This document shows positions 37,001 to 46,761 of a stretch of DNA of 64,000 nt, one piece after another. Origin of the DNA: an uncultured Alphaproteobacteria bacterium (lineage in GTDB: Bacteria; Pseudomonadota; Alphaproteobacteria; Rhizobiales; Xanthobacteraceae); assembly GCA_963814215.1 (NCBI GenBank), contig CAWFCM010000008.1, positions 2,539 to 66,538 of the forward strand, read 5' to 3'. Each line of letters opens with the position of its first letter. Within the stretch, counting starts at the first letter, position 1. The notes beneath the pieces were generated by a model, which had not been told where the DNA came from, searched no databases, and saw only the letters and a program-made list of their open reading frames with translations. The position numbers and the translations under genes were made by a program.

Positions 37001-38488
37001 CTAGTTGGCGCGGGCGTCAGCGTTCGTGTCTGCTTGCGCGGTGACCGCCCGCTCCTCGACAGCTTTGAACACCTTGCCGATCATGACCAGCACCGGGCCC
37101 GGCAATTCCGCCACCTCCACCCGCGCCGCCAGCAGCGAAACCGGCGCGCTGATCGAAGCCTGGTCGGCGCGGGTCGCTCGCGACACCGCGACCGCCGGCG
37201 TCGCCGGATCGAGCCCGTGTTCGATGGCCCTCGCGATCAGGGCGTCGAGCGTCTTCACCGGCATGTAAACCACGGTGGTGGCCGACGGGTCGGCCAGGCT
37301 GCGCCAGTCCAGATCGTGCGGCAGCTCGCCGTCGCCGGCATGGCCCGTGACATATTGCACGCGCCGCGCGTCGCGCCGCTGCGTTAGCGAAACGCCGAGC
37401 CGGCTGGCCGCGCCCTGCGCCGCCGTGATGCCGGGCACCACCTCGATCGCGATGCCCGCCTTGCGGCAAGCTTCGATCTCCTCGCCGGCACGGCCGAAGA
37501 TCATCGGGTCGCCCCCCTTGAGCCGCACCACGCGCTTGCCGGAGCGCGCCAGCTCGACGGTCAACACGTTGATGTCTGATTGCTTGCAGGACGGCCCGTG
37601 TCCGGTCTTGCCGACCAGCATCTTCCTGGCCTCGCGGCGGGCGAAGTCGAGCACCTCCGATGAAACCAGGTCGTCGAACAGGATGATGTCGGCGGATTGC
37701 AAGGCGCGCACTGCACGGAGCGTCAGCAACTCGGCGTCGCCCGGCCCGGCGCCGACCAGCGTGACCGAGCCCTGCTCCACGTCGGGCCCTTCCGCCCTCG
37801 CCGTCTCCAGCAAACGGCTGAGGTCGGAGTCGTCCGGCTCACGATCCGGGTGGCGCACCGCGTCGTTGGTCAAAAGCTGCCAGAACCGCCGCCGTCCGTT
37901 GAACGACAGGCCGGAGGCTTTCACGCTATCGCGCCAGCGCCGTGCCGCGTCGACCCACGCAGAGAAACCGCGCGGGATCATCGCTTCCAACTTGGCGCGG
38001 ATCATCTGCCCGAAGATCGGCGCCGCCCCATCGGTCGAAATCCCGATCACCAGCGGCGAGCGGTTGACAATGGCGCCGAAGTTGAAGTCGCAGAACTTCG
38101 GTTTGTCGATCACGTTGACGGAAGCGCCGGCGGCGCGCGCCGCGCCGGCAAAGCACGTCGCTTGGGCATTATCGTCGAAAGCGCCAACCGCGATGGCCGC
38201 ACCGATGCAGTCGGCGTTGCGCCATTCGCGGCGATAGAGTGTTGCGCTGCCGCGCTGCCCCTCCTCGATGACGGCAAGCAGGTCCGGCGACGGCTCGGCG
38301 GCATAAACATCGACATTCGCGCCCGCCGCCAGCAGCAATTCCACCTTCCATGCCGCGGCCGGCGTGCCGCCCGCCACCAGCACGCGCTTGCCCTCGAGCG
38401 CGAGGAACACCGGCAATCGCGCCAGTGCGCCCATGCGCGGCGAGCGGACTTCCGAAGGGCTTCGCGTTTCAACCGGCGTGAGATTCAT
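37001..38488 (-). CDS. cysG: Siroheme synthase (precorrin-2 dehydrogenase/ferrochelatase + uroporphyrinogen-III methyltransferase)
   Basis: An N-terminal Rossmann motif KRVLVAGGTPAAAWKVELLL is followed by the methyltransferase motif VTLVGAGPGDAELLTLRAV...ADIILFDDLV. The start is uncertain (38488 overlaps nasA by 20 nt; the alternative is ATG 38434). Confidence 0.9.
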   Translation of the reverse strand: MNLTPVETRSPSEVRSPRMGALARLPVFLALEGKRVLVAGGTPAAAWKVELLLAAGANVDVYAAEPSPDLLAVIEEGQRGSATLYRREWRNADCIGAAIAVGAFDDNAQATCFAGAARAAGASVNVIDKPKFCDFNFGAIVNRSPLVIGISTDGAAPIFGQMIRAKLEAMIPRGFSAWVDAARRWRDSVKASGLSFNGRRRFWQLLTNDAVRHPDREPDDSDLSRLLETARAEGPDVEQGSVTLVGAGPGDAELLTLRAVRALQSADIILFDDLVSSEVLDFARREARKMLVGKTGHGPSCKQSDINVLTVELARSGKRVVRLKGGDPMIFGRAGEEIEACRKAGIAIEVVPGITAAQGAASRLGVSLTQRRDARRVQYVTGHAGDGELPHDLDWRSLADPSATTVVYMPVKTLDALIARAIEHGLDPATPAVAVSRATRADQASISAPVSLLAARVEVAELPGPVLVMIGKVFKAVEERAVTAQADTNADARAN

Positions 38489-41204
38489 GGACCATGCTCC
38501 TCAATTCCGGCAGGCAGCTTCCACATTTGGTTCCGGCGCGCAGCGCGAGACCGATCTCCTCGGCGCTCGCCGCCTTGCGCGAGGTCAGCGCCTCGCGGAT
38601 CGCGTCGATGCCGACGCCGAAGCAGGCGCAGACCACGGGACCGCTGAATGCGATGCCCGGCTTGCCGGCCACGGCGCCGAGATCGCTCCATTGTGGCGGC
38701 GCATCCGAGGAGCCGACGAACAGCGCGCCGTCCAGCCGATCCTCGATGAATGCCGCGACGCGATAGATGCCGCGCCGCCGGTCGACATATTCGGTCAACA
38801 CTGCATCGGGGAACAGTTGCGGCGCGAGGTCGTGCCAGCTCATCAGGTTTTCGTTGCTGGCAAATGTGCAGCCGGAGGCGTCCGGGATCGCGACCCGCGC
38901 CCACCAGGTGCCGGACGGCAGAGCAAGCGGACGGCGCGACAGCGCGAAGCCGCGCCAGGCGAGATCGACAGGCGCGATCGCGGCCGGTGTCGCTTTCGCT
39001 TCGGGCTGGCCGGAGAACGGATCGGTGGCGGGCGACACCAGATCGCCGATGCGCGCCGACGAGGCGTTGAGACCGCTCCAATGGATCGGCGCGAAGATCG
39101 AGTCGCGCCGCTGCGCGGCTGTCACCACAACCTTGAGGATGCAACTGCCGTGGGCCGTGCTGACGTTGGCGAAGCCATTGTGGCGGAGATTGTACGTTTC
39201 GGCGTCGGCCGGATGAACTTCGACGAACGGCTCGGGCCTGTGCGCTCCGAGCGTCGGACTGAGGCCCGATCGCGTCATGGTGTGCCACTGATCGCGCAGC
39301 CGCCCGGTGTTGAGGCGCAGCGGAAATCCCTCGCTAACCGGCTCCGCCAGCTTGGGAGGTTCCGGCGCGACGAAGCGCGCCTTGCGGTCGGGAGTATAGA
39401 AGCGGCCATCGCCCAGGAGGCGTTGTGAGCTATCGCCATTCGGGTGGTGTGCTCCCTCCCCCTGCAAGGGGGAGGGTTGGGGTGGGGGTCCGAACTCCGC
39501 TGAACTATTGACCCCCGCCCGGCGCATTTCAGGGGGAGGTAGGGCTGCGGCCCGTTGCGGCCATTGTACCGGCTCCAGCACCTCGTAGTCGCGATCCGGG
39601 ATCGCTGCCAGCGCGCCAAGATCGAACGCGCGCGCGCCATCGTTCTCGAACGCGGACAGAGCGGCATGCTCGCGGAATACGTCGGCGACCGTGCGATAGG
39701 CGAATGCTTCGGCAAATCCCATGCGCTGCGCCACGTCGGCGACGATCCGCCAGTCCGGCCGCACCTCGCCCGGCAGGGGCAGGAATTTGCGCTGCCGCGA
39801 GATGCGACGCTCCGAATTGGTGACGGTGCCGTCCTTCTCGCCCCAGGCCGCAGCCGGCAACAGCACATGCGGGCCGGCGCCAATGGTATCGTTGGAGAGC
39901 ACGTTGTCAGAGACGACGAACAGCTTCAGCTTTTTCAGCGCCGCGCGCATCGCGGCGGCGCGCGGCAGCGAGGTCGCCGGATTGGTCGCCATCACCCACA
40001 GCGCCTTGATCTCCCCGCGCTCGATCGCCTCGAACATCTGCACGGCCTTGAGGCCCTCGCGCTGCGCCATGTCCGGCGCGTTCCAGAACCGGCGCACGCG
40101 GTCGATCTCGACCGGCAGGAAATACATGTGCGCGGCAAGTTGATTGGCGAGACCACCCACCTCACGCCCGCCCATCGCGTTGGGCTGGCCGGTCAGCGAC
40201 AGCGGCCCCATGCCGGGCTTGCCGATCCGGCTGGTCGCAAGATGGACGTTGATGATGGCGTTGACCTTGTCGGTGCCCTGCGCCGACTGGTTCACGCCCT
40301 GCGAATAACACGTGACGCTGCGCGGCTTCGCAACAAACAGATTGAAGAATTGCGCGACATCGGCCTCGGTGAGGCCGGTCGCGGCGGCGGTCGCCGCGAT
40401 GTCTGGCGCGATCTGCCGCGCACGTGCGAGGGCTTCGGCAAAGCCCGTGGTGTTCATTTCGATATACGTGCTATCGAGCCGGCCGGTATCGGCCAGATGC
40501 ACCAGCAAGCCGCTGAACAGCGCCGTGTCGGTGCCGGGCGCGATGGGAAGAAAGAGATCGGCGTCGTCAGCCGTCGCGGTGCGGCGAGGATCGATGACGA
40601 CGAGCTTGGCGCCGCGGTCGCGCCGGTTGCGGATCGCGCGCTGGAACAGGATCGGATGGCACCACGCGGCGTTCGAGCCGACCAGCACGACGAGATCGGC
40701 GAGATCGAGGTCCTCGTAGTTGCCCGGCACGATGTCCTCGCCGAACGCGCGGCGGTGCCCCGCCACGCTCGACGCCATGCAGAGCCGCGAGTTGGTATCG
40801 ACGTTCGCCGAGCCGAGGAAGCCCTTCATCAGCTTGTTGGCGACGTAGTAGTCCTCGGTCAGCAACTGTCCCGAGAGGTAGAACGCGATGCTGGCCGGCC
40901 CATGCTGCTTGGCGATACGCTTGAAGCCGTCCGCCACCACGCCGAGCGCGGTGTCCCAATCGGTGCGCGCGTGCGAGCCGTTCGTCTGGCGCAGCATGGG
41001 ATAGAGCAGCCGGTTCTCCAGACCCAGCGTCTCGCCGAGCGCGAAACCCTTGGAGCACAGCCTGCCGAAATTCGCCGGATGATCGGGATCGCCGGTGACG
41101 ATCGCGCCGCCCTCGGCATTCGGCCGCGCCAGCACGCCGCAGCCAACACCGCAGTACGGGCAAGCGGACCGCACGGCTGCCGGGATGTGGGCGGGCGCGT
41201 TCAT
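38469..41204 (-). CDS. nasA: Assimilatory nitrate reductase catalytic subunit with a C-terminal BFD-like [2Fe-2S] domain
   Basis: 911 aa with an N-terminal 4Fe-4S motif CPYCGVGCG, molybdopterin oxidoreductase body and C-terminal CACFGV...CGSCLPE. It contains an in-frame repeat-derived insertion (see 39453-39519). Confidence 0.9.
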   Translation of the reverse strand: MNAPAHIPAAVRSACPYCGVGCGVLARPNAEGGAIVTGDPDHPANFGRLCSKGFALGETLGLENRLLYPMLRQTNGSHARTDWDTALGVVADGFKRIAKQHGPASIAFYLSGQLLTEDYYVANKLMKGFLGSANVDTNSRLCMASSVAGHRRAFGEDIVPGNYEDLDLADLVVLVGSNAAWCHPILFQRAIRNRRDRGAKLVVIDPRRTATADDADLFLPIAPGTDTALFSGLLVHLADTGRLDSTYIEMNTTGFAEALARARQIAPDIAATAAATGLTEADVAQFFNLFVAKPRSVTCYSQGVNQSAQGTDKVNAIINVHLATSRIGKPGMGPLSLTGQPNAMGGREVGGLANQLAAHMYFLPVEIDRVRRFWNAPDMAQREGLKAVQMFEAIERGEIKALWVMATNPATSLPRAAAMRAALKKLKLFVVSDNVLSNDTIGAGPHVLLPAAAWGEKDGTVTNSERRISRQRKFLPLPGEVRPDWRIVADVAQRMGFAEAFAYRTVADVFREHAALSAFENDGARAFDLGALAAIPDRDYEVLEPVQWPQRAAALPPPEMRRAGVNSSAEFGPPPQPSPLQGEGAHHPNGDSSQRLLGDGRFYTPDRKARFVAPEPPKLAEPVSEGFPLRLNTGRLRDQWHTMTRSGLSPTLGAHRPEPFVEVHPADAETYNLRHNGFANVSTAHGSCILKVVVTAAQRRDSIFAPIHWSGLNASSARIGDLVSPATDPFSGQPEAKATPAAIAPVDLAWRGFALSRRPLALPSGTWWARVAIPDASGCTFASNENLMSWHDLAPQLFPDAVLTEYVDRRRGIYRVAAFIEDRLDGALFVGSSDAPPQWSDLGAVAGKPGIAFSGPVVCACFGVGIDAIREALTSRKAASAEEIGLALRAGTKCGSCLPELRSMVHESHAG
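39453..39519. repeat. REP-like double palindrome inside the nasA coding sequence
   Basis: ccctccccct-gca-agggggaggg is a perfect 10-bp stem. It is followed by ggggtgggggtc...gacccccgccc. On the coding strand this translates to FGPPPQPSPLQGEGAHH. Confidence 0.7.
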
Positions 41205-41213
41205 CGCCGCATC

Positions 41214-42815
41214 TCAATACACATCGGTCTGGTAGCGGCCCGCCTTCTTCAGGTCGGCGACAAACGTGACCGCCTCGTTGACCGAGCGCGCGCCATGTAT
41301 GGCGACAATGTCGACCAGCGCGCGCTCGACGTCCTTCGCCATGCGCTGCGCGTCGCCGCAGACATAGATGTGCGCGCCGTCGGCGATCCACGACCACAGA
41401 TCGCGGCCGACCTCGGCCATGCGGTTCTGCACGTAGAACTTCTCGTGGCCATCGCGCGACCAGGCGAGCGAGAGGCGCGTCAGCAGGCCGGTCGCCTTCA
41501 TGCCGGTGAGTTCGTCCTCATAGAAGAAGTCGCAATCGCGACGCTGATGGCCGAAGAACAGCCAGTTGCGGCCCGGCGCCTTGGTCGCCATGCGCTCGTG
41601 CAGAAAGGCGCGGAACGGCGCAACGCCGGTGCCGGGGCCGACCATGATGATCGGCACGGCGGGATCGGCCGGAAGACCGAAGGCGTGCGCCTTCTGGACA
41701 TAGACCCTGATCTTGTCGCCCAGCTTGACGCGGTCGGCGAGGAACGTGGAGGCAACGCCGGACCGCGCACGCTTGTTGATCGCGTAGCGCACGGCATCGA
41801 CGGTCAGCGAGACACGGCCGATGTTGACCTTCGGCGACGACGAGATCGAATAGAGCCGCGGCTGCAGCGGATCGAGCGCCTCGATGAACGCTTCCGGATC
41901 GGGCCGCACGCCGGGGAACTTCTCGATCGCGGCGAGCACGTCGAGGGTCGCTGCGTCGCCGTCCGGATCCTCGCCGTTGCCGAGCGCTTTGGCTTTCTTC
42001 CTGCGCTCACCACCGGTGATGTAGGAGTAGAGCTGGAACAGCATGTCCGGCGCGGGAGACAGCGACACGCCGTCGGTGAGCACATCGCGAAGCATGCGGC
42101 CGCCGATCGGGAATTCGGCGGGCGCGTCGAGCGCCTTCAGGATCGCATCGACGAGAACCGGATCGTTGGTCGGATAGAGACCGAACGCATCGCCGACATT
42201 GTAGTCGAGCGCGCATTCGGTGAGATCGAACTCGATGTGCCAGGTCTGCTTTTCCGAGCCCGGCTTGTTGAGCAGGGTGCGGGACACGAAAACCGCCTCG
42301 ACTGGGTTGTCGCGGCTGCGGCCGGCCTCGCCCTTCGGCGAGGAAACAGCGGCAAGGGGGAAGGTCGCCGGAATAGCCCCAGAAGAAACGTCGGAAGAGG
42401 TGCTGAGGAGCTTGAGCATCCGGGCTGTATCCTTGCCGCCCGGCACGCAGAGGTTGAGTCGCTCTTCTTTTTTTTCGCACAGCGCGTTGGCGTATTGCTC
42501 GCAGTTGTAGCCGCACTGCCCGCAATCCTGCTGGCCCATCGCCGCCATCATCTTGCGGCGTAAGGGTTTTCCGTCCGCGAGCTTCATGCGATCGGCAAGC
42601 GGCAGCGTCTGATCGTGCCACGGCGCGCCGTCGTCGGCCGCGCCGCCGACGTTGACGCCCGGCATCAGCGCCGACGCATCCTGCGGCGACAGCGCCGACA
42701 CGTCGCCATCAAGCAGCCCGGCGAAAAACCCGTTCAGCCAGACGCGCTGATCCGGGGTGAACGGCGCGTTCTCCGGCACGATCGAGGCAAACGGCGTGCG
42801 CAGCGGCGAGTTCAT
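41214..42815 (-). CDS. CysJ-like FAD/NAD(P)H oxidoreductase without a flavodoxin domain (Flp-type electron donor for nitrate/nitrite reduction)
   Basis: The ATG at 42815 overlaps the nirA stop (ATGA). An N-terminal CGQCGYNCEQY motif is followed by RLYSISSS, GPGTGVAPFRAF and a C-terminal YQTDVY. Confidence 0.85.
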   Translation of the reverse strand: MNSPLRTPFASIVPENAPFTPDQRVWLNGFFAGLLDGDVSALSPQDASALMPGVNVGGAADDGAPWHDQTLPLADRMKLADGKPLRRKMMAAMGQQDCGQCGYNCEQYANALCEKKEERLNLCVPGGKDTARMLKLLSTSSDVSSGAIPATFPLAAVSSPKGEAGRSRDNPVEAVFVSRTLLNKPGSEKQTWHIEFDLTECALDYNVGDAFGLYPTNDPVLVDAILKALDAPAEFPIGGRMLRDVLTDGVSLSPAPDMLFQLYSYITGGERRKKAKALGNGEDPDGDAATLDVLAAIEKFPGVRPDPEAFIEALDPLQPRLYSISSSPKVNIGRVSLTVDAVRYAINKRARSGVASTFLADRVKLGDKIRVYVQKAHAFGLPADPAVPIIMVGPGTGVAPFRAFLHERMATKAPGRNWLFFGHQRRDCDFFYEDELTGMKATGLLTRLSLAWSRDGHEKFYVQNRMAEVGRDLWSWIADGAHIYVCGDAQRMAKDVERALVDIVAIHGARSVNEAVTFVADLKKAGRYQTDVY

Positions 42816-44560
42816 GAGCGACACTCCGCGAACAATGTGTTGAGCGCAGCATCGTCGTGACGCTTGGTGAAGACGTGGAATGTCTCCTCCGGCGCGGCAC
42901 GGCGCGAGAGATACGTCTTGAGCATGTTCTCAACAATGTGCGGCGCGTCGTCGGCCTTGACGTCGCGGAACAACTCGCGCGCCAGCGTTGCCTCCGGACC
43001 GGAGCCGCCGCCGACCAGGATGTGATAGCCCTCGACCGTATCCTCTTCCGACACTGGCACCTTGCAGGCGATCAGGCCGATGTCGCCGATGTAGTGCTGC
43101 GCGCACGAATGATGGCAGCCGGTGAGGTGGATATTCACCGGGGTGTCCAGCTCGACGCGAGCCTCGCACCATTGCGCGATCTGTTCGGCATGACCCTTGG
43201 TGTTGGACGCCGCAAAGCGGCAGCCGGTGTTGCCGGTGCAGGCCACCAGTCCGGTACGGATCGCGCTCGCCCTGGTCGCGAGTCCGAGCGCCTCGATCGC
43301 CGCTTCGGCCAGCGCAACCTTGTCCGCCGGCACGCCGGAGATCAGCAGGTTCTGCCACACCGTGAGCCGGATATCGCCGTCGCCCAGGTCCTGCGCGACC
43401 TTGGCCAACCCGCGCATCTGGTCGCCGGTCAGCTTGCCGACCGGCAACACCACGCCGATCCAGTTCAAACCCTCCTGTTTCTGCGCATGCACGCCGATGT
43501 GAGCGGCGCGATCCACCTTCAGGCGCGCTGCAACCGCTTCAGCCGGTACGCGAATGAGTTTTGCACCGAGTTTCTCCTCCACCAACCCCAGGAACTTCTC
43601 GAAGCCCATCGCATCGAGCACGTATTTCAAACGCGCCTTGTTGCGGTCGGTGCGGTCGCCATGCGCGGTGAACACGCGCACGATGGCGTCCGCGACCTTG
43701 GTTGCGTCCGCGGGTTTGAGCACCACGCCGGTGTCGCGCGCGAAATCCCTGTGGCCGGTGATGCCGCCGAGCGCGAGACGGAACCAGACGCCCGGCTCGA
43801 CGCCGAAACCGTGCTTCACCTCGACCGCCTGGAAGCCGATGTCGTTGGTGTCCTCCAGCGCGGCGATGCGCCCCGCCCCGTCAAACGCGACGTTGAACTT
43901 GCGCGGCAGGCCGTACAGCGCGCGCTCGTTGAGGATGTGGTGGTGCCACGCCCGCGCATACGGCCGCGTGTCGAGCAATTCCTGCGGGTCGATGCCAGCG
44001 GTCGGCGCCCCGGTGACGTTTCGGATGTTGTCGGCGCCGGTGCCCTTCGAGCAGAGGCCCAGATCAACGATCGCTTCCAGCAGGCTGATTGCGCTCTTCG
44101 GCTCGATCTCGCGGATCTGGAAATTCGCTCGTGTGGTGACGTGCGAGTAGCCACCGCCGTAGCGCTCGGCGAGGTCCGCAAGCCCCGTGAGTTGCCAGTG
44201 CTTGACGATGCCGTTCGGGATGCGCAGCCGGCACATGTAGGAGTTCTGCGCCGGCGCGACATAGAACAGGCCGTAGTAACGCCAGCGGAAGTTGTCCGCG
44301 GGCTTTGGAAACTCGTTCTGCGCCGCCTGATCCTGCAGGCGATGGTAGGCATCGAACGGATGTTCGTCGCGCTTGAACTTTTCCTGGTCGGACAGTTTCT
44401 TGCCGGCCGCGAGCACGCGATCCTGCGCCGCGATGTGCTCGGCGTCGGGTCCGTTCGGCTTGGCCGGCGCAGTGGGTCCACGCCCGAGCCGCGCAATCTG
44501 AAGGCCGGAGCTAAAGCCTTCCAGATAGCGTTTCTGCTCGGGCGTGAAGTCGCTGGACAT
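42812..44560 (-). CDS. nirA: Ferredoxin-type nitrite/sulfite reductase (siroheme 4Fe-4S)
   Basis: Start is taken at MSSDFTPEQKRYLEGF (44560; the ORF opens at 44608). Nitrite/sulfite reductase repeats and the Cys cluster CTGNTGCRFA...TGCHHSC are present. Confidence 0.85.
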   Translation of the reverse strand: MSSDFTPEQKRYLEGFSSGLQIARLGRGPTAPAKPNGPDAEHIAAQDRVLAAGKKLSDQEKFKRDEHPFDAYHRLQDQAAQNEFPKPADNFRWRYYGLFYVAPAQNSYMCRLRIPNGIVKHWQLTGLADLAERYGGGYSHVTTRANFQIREIEPKSAISLLEAIVDLGLCSKGTGADNIRNVTGAPTAGIDPQELLDTRPYARAWHHHILNERALYGLPRKFNVAFDGAGRIAALEDTNDIGFQAVEVKHGFGVEPGVWFRLALGGITGHRDFARDTGVVLKPADATKVADAIVRVFTAHGDRTDRNKARLKYVLDAMGFEKFLGLVEEKLGAKLIRVPAEAVAARLKVDRAAHIGVHAQKQEGLNWIGVVLPVGKLTGDQMRGLAKVAQDLGDGDIRLTVWQNLLISGVPADKVALAEAAIEALGLATRASAIRTGLVACTGNTGCRFAASNTKGHAEQIAQWCEARVELDTPVNIHLTGCHHSCAQHYIGDIGLIACKVPVSEEDTVEGYHILVGGGSGPEATLARELFRDVKADDAPHIVENMLKTYLSRRAAPEETFHVFTKRHDDAALNTLFAECRS

Positions 44561-44570
44561 TGCTATTCCG

Positions 44571-44996
44571 TTATTCTGCAGCCACCGGAGAACCGTAGGC
44601 TTCGCCAATCATGAAACCGGACAGCGTCGTGTAGGCGCCCGTCCATGCCGCCGCGAGCTGCGGCGTCCAGGTGGCCCCAAGCCCGCGCTCCAGGGTCCAG
44701 AGCAGCGCCGCGCCGACAGGCGCGTAATGGCCGGGCTTTACGCCGTAGCTGACGTGCTTCTTCGCGAGCGCGCTCGCCGCCGGCAGGATCGACGGCAGGT
44801 TGTCGAGCCCGTTCACCACCGCGGCCAACGTCGTCATCAGCTTCTTGCCCTGCTCCTTGATGTCGCCCTTGAACAGCGGCTTCACCTCCGGCGCGATCTC
44901 GAACAACCGCCCGTAAAACAGCGCGGCCGCGTCGGCAGCGATCGGCTTCACCTTCTCGAACGACGATTTCACCAACGCGACGTCGGCGGGAGTCAT
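44571..44996 (-). CDS. Single-domain globin
   Basis: 141 aa. MTPADVALVKSSFEKVKPIAADAAALFYGRLFEIAPEVKPLF...LAKKHVSYGV is a bacterial haemoglobin pattern, embedded in the nitrate-assimilation operon. Confidence 0.85.
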   Translation of the reverse strand: MTPADVALVKSSFEKVKPIAADAAALFYGRLFEIAPEVKPLFKGDIKEQGKKLMTTLAAVVNGLDNLPSILPAASALAKKHVSYGVKPGHYAPVGAALLWTLERGLGATWTPQLAAAWTGAYTTLSGFMIGEAYGSPVAAE

Positions 44997-45005
44997 GACC
45001 GCCTC

Positions 45006-45803
45006 CTACGCCGCTTCGACAAAGCGGTGCCGTTCATAGAGGAATTCGAGCACGCGCTGGCGGCACTTGAGGTAGATGGGATCGGCCGCGAGCGCGAGCC
45101 GCTTGCGCGGCCGCACCAGCGGCACGTCGAGCACTTCGCCGATCCGCGCCGCCGGCCCGTTGGTCATCATCACGATGCGGTCGGACAGCAGCACCGCCTC
45201 GTCCACGTCATGCGTGATCATCAGCACGGTGTTGCCGAGCTTGCTGTGAATCTGCATCACCGAGTCCTGCAAATGCGCCCGGGTCAGCGCATCGAGCGCG
45301 CCAAACGGCTCGTCGAGCAGCAGCACCTTGGGTTCCATGGCAAGCGCGCGGGCCAGGCCGACGCGCTGCTTCATGCCGCCGGAAATCTCCGCCGGCCGCT
45401 TGTCCTTGGCGTGGCCCATCTGCACCAGATCGAGATTGTTCATGACCCAGGCATGGCGCTCGGCGCGCGACTTGGTGCCGGAGAACACCTTGTCCACGGC
45501 AAGCCGGACGTTGTTGTAGACGGTGAGCCACGGCAGCAGCGAATGGTTCTGGAACACGACGGCGCGATCCGGGCCCGGATCGTTGACCTCCTTGTTCTCC
45601 AAGAGCACGCAGCCCGCCGACACCGGCAGCAGCCCGGCGACGAGATTAAGCAGCGTGCTCTTACCGCAGCCGGAATGGCCGATGATCGAGACATATTCGC
45701 CCTTCTCGATGCCGAGCGTGATGTCCTTGAGGACTTCGGTCTCGGTGGTGCCGCGGATAAACGACTTATCGACGTGGTCGATCTTCAAATACGGATAGTG
45801 CAT
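45006..45803 (-). CDS. nrtC: Nitrate ABC transporter ATP-binding protein
   Basis: Start is the internal ATG (MHYPYLKIDHV; GAGGAG upstream). Walker A is GHSGCGKST, the signature is ISGGMKQR and Walker B is LLLDEPF. Confidence 0.9.
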   Translation of the reverse strand: MHYPYLKIDHVDKSFIRGTTETEVLKDITLGIEKGEYVSIIGHSGCGKSTLLNLVAGLLPVSAGCVLLENKEVNDPGPDRAVVFQNHSLLPWLTVYNNVRLAVDKVFSGTKSRAERHAWVMNNLDLVQMGHAKDKRPAEISGGMKQRVGLARALAMEPKVLLLDEPFGALDALTRAHLQDSVMQIHSKLGNTVLMITHDVDEAVLLSDRIVMMTNGPAARIGEVLDVPLVRPRKRLALAADPIYLKCRQRVLEFLYERHRFVEAA

Positions 45804-45814
45804 CACCGTTCTCC

Positions 45815-46708
45815 TCAGTTCGCCGCGGTGCCGCGGGTGACGATCGTGGCGGCAGCGGCGACAATGCGGTCGAGGATGAAGCCGACCAGGCCGACGTAAA
45901 CCAGCGCCAGGATGATTTCGCTGATGCGTGAGGAATTCCACGCATCCCAGATGAAGAAGCCGATGCCGACGCCGCCGATCAACATCTCGGCTGCGACGAT
46001 GGCGAGCCACGACAGGCCGATGCCGATACGCAGGCCGGTGAAGATGTAAGGCGCTGCGGCGGGCACCATGATCTTGAAGAAGAACTCGAGATGGTTGAGC
46101 CGCAGCACTTGCGCGACGTTGCGATAGTCCTGCGGGATGTTGCGGATGCCGACCGCGGTGTTGATGATGATCGGCCAGATCGCGGTAATGAAGATCACGA
46201 AGATCGCCGACGGCTGACCGTTGCGGAACGCCGCGAGCGACAACGGCAGCCAGGCGAGCGGCGGCACGGTGCGCAGCACCTGGAAGATCGGATCGAGACC
46301 GCGCATCGCCCAGGTCGACTGGCCGACCAGCGTGCCGAGCGCGACGCCAGCGATGGCCGCAAGAGCATAGCCAAACGCCACGCGCTGCAAGCTCGCCGAC
46401 ATGTGCCAGAACAACCCCTTGTCGAGGCCGCCGCGGTCGAAGAACGGATCGATGATCAATTCCCACGTGTCGTCGAGCACCTTCAGGGGCGGCGGCAACG
46501 AAGCGCCGGGTTTGCTGCACAGCACCTGCCAGACCACCAGAACGAGCGCGATGACCAGCACGGGCGGAATGACGTTGACCGCGATATTCTGCGCGTGTGT
46601 GCGAAGCCGTGTCCCGAAAGGCACCTGCTTGGTCGGGATCGCCACCACCGTGGCACTGCTTGCGGGCAGCGCCATCACGGTCTCGGTTGTGCGAAGCGGC
46701 ATGTTCAT
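45815..46708 (-). CDS. nrtB: Nitrate ABC transporter permease
   Basis: 297-aa polytopic protein with an EAA-type loop (RNIPQDYRNVAQVLRLNHLEFFFKIMVPAAAP). Confidence 0.9.
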   Translation of the reverse strand: MNMPLRTTETVMALPASSATVVAIPTKQVPFGTRLRTHAQNIAVNVIPPVLVIALVLVVWQVLCSKPGASLPPPLKVLDDTWELIIDPFFDRGGLDKGLFWHMSASLQRVAFGYALAAIAGVALGTLVGQSTWAMRGLDPIFQVLRTVPPLAWLPLSLAAFRNGQPSAIFVIFITAIWPIIINTAVGIRNIPQDYRNVAQVLRLNHLEFFFKIMVPAAAPYIFTGLRIGIGLSWLAIVAAEMLIGGVGIGFFIWDAWNSSRISEIILALVYVGLVGFILDRIVAAAATIVTRGTAAN

Positions 46709-46761
46709 TGCGATTTGCTCCAGTGGAAGGGAGCGGGCCGCCCGAAGGCGACCCGCTGAGG

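Noticed and set aside
39555-42563. 1002-aa ORF on the plus strand. Similar long ORFs are 7191-8837, 12126-13520, 25811-27904, 42857-44614, 44544-45899 and 46597-48333.
   Set aside because: All lie antisense to genes with clear family signatures. Their products are Arg/Ala/Gly/His-rich and low in complexity, with no motifs. They are typical shadow ORFs of high-GC DNA.
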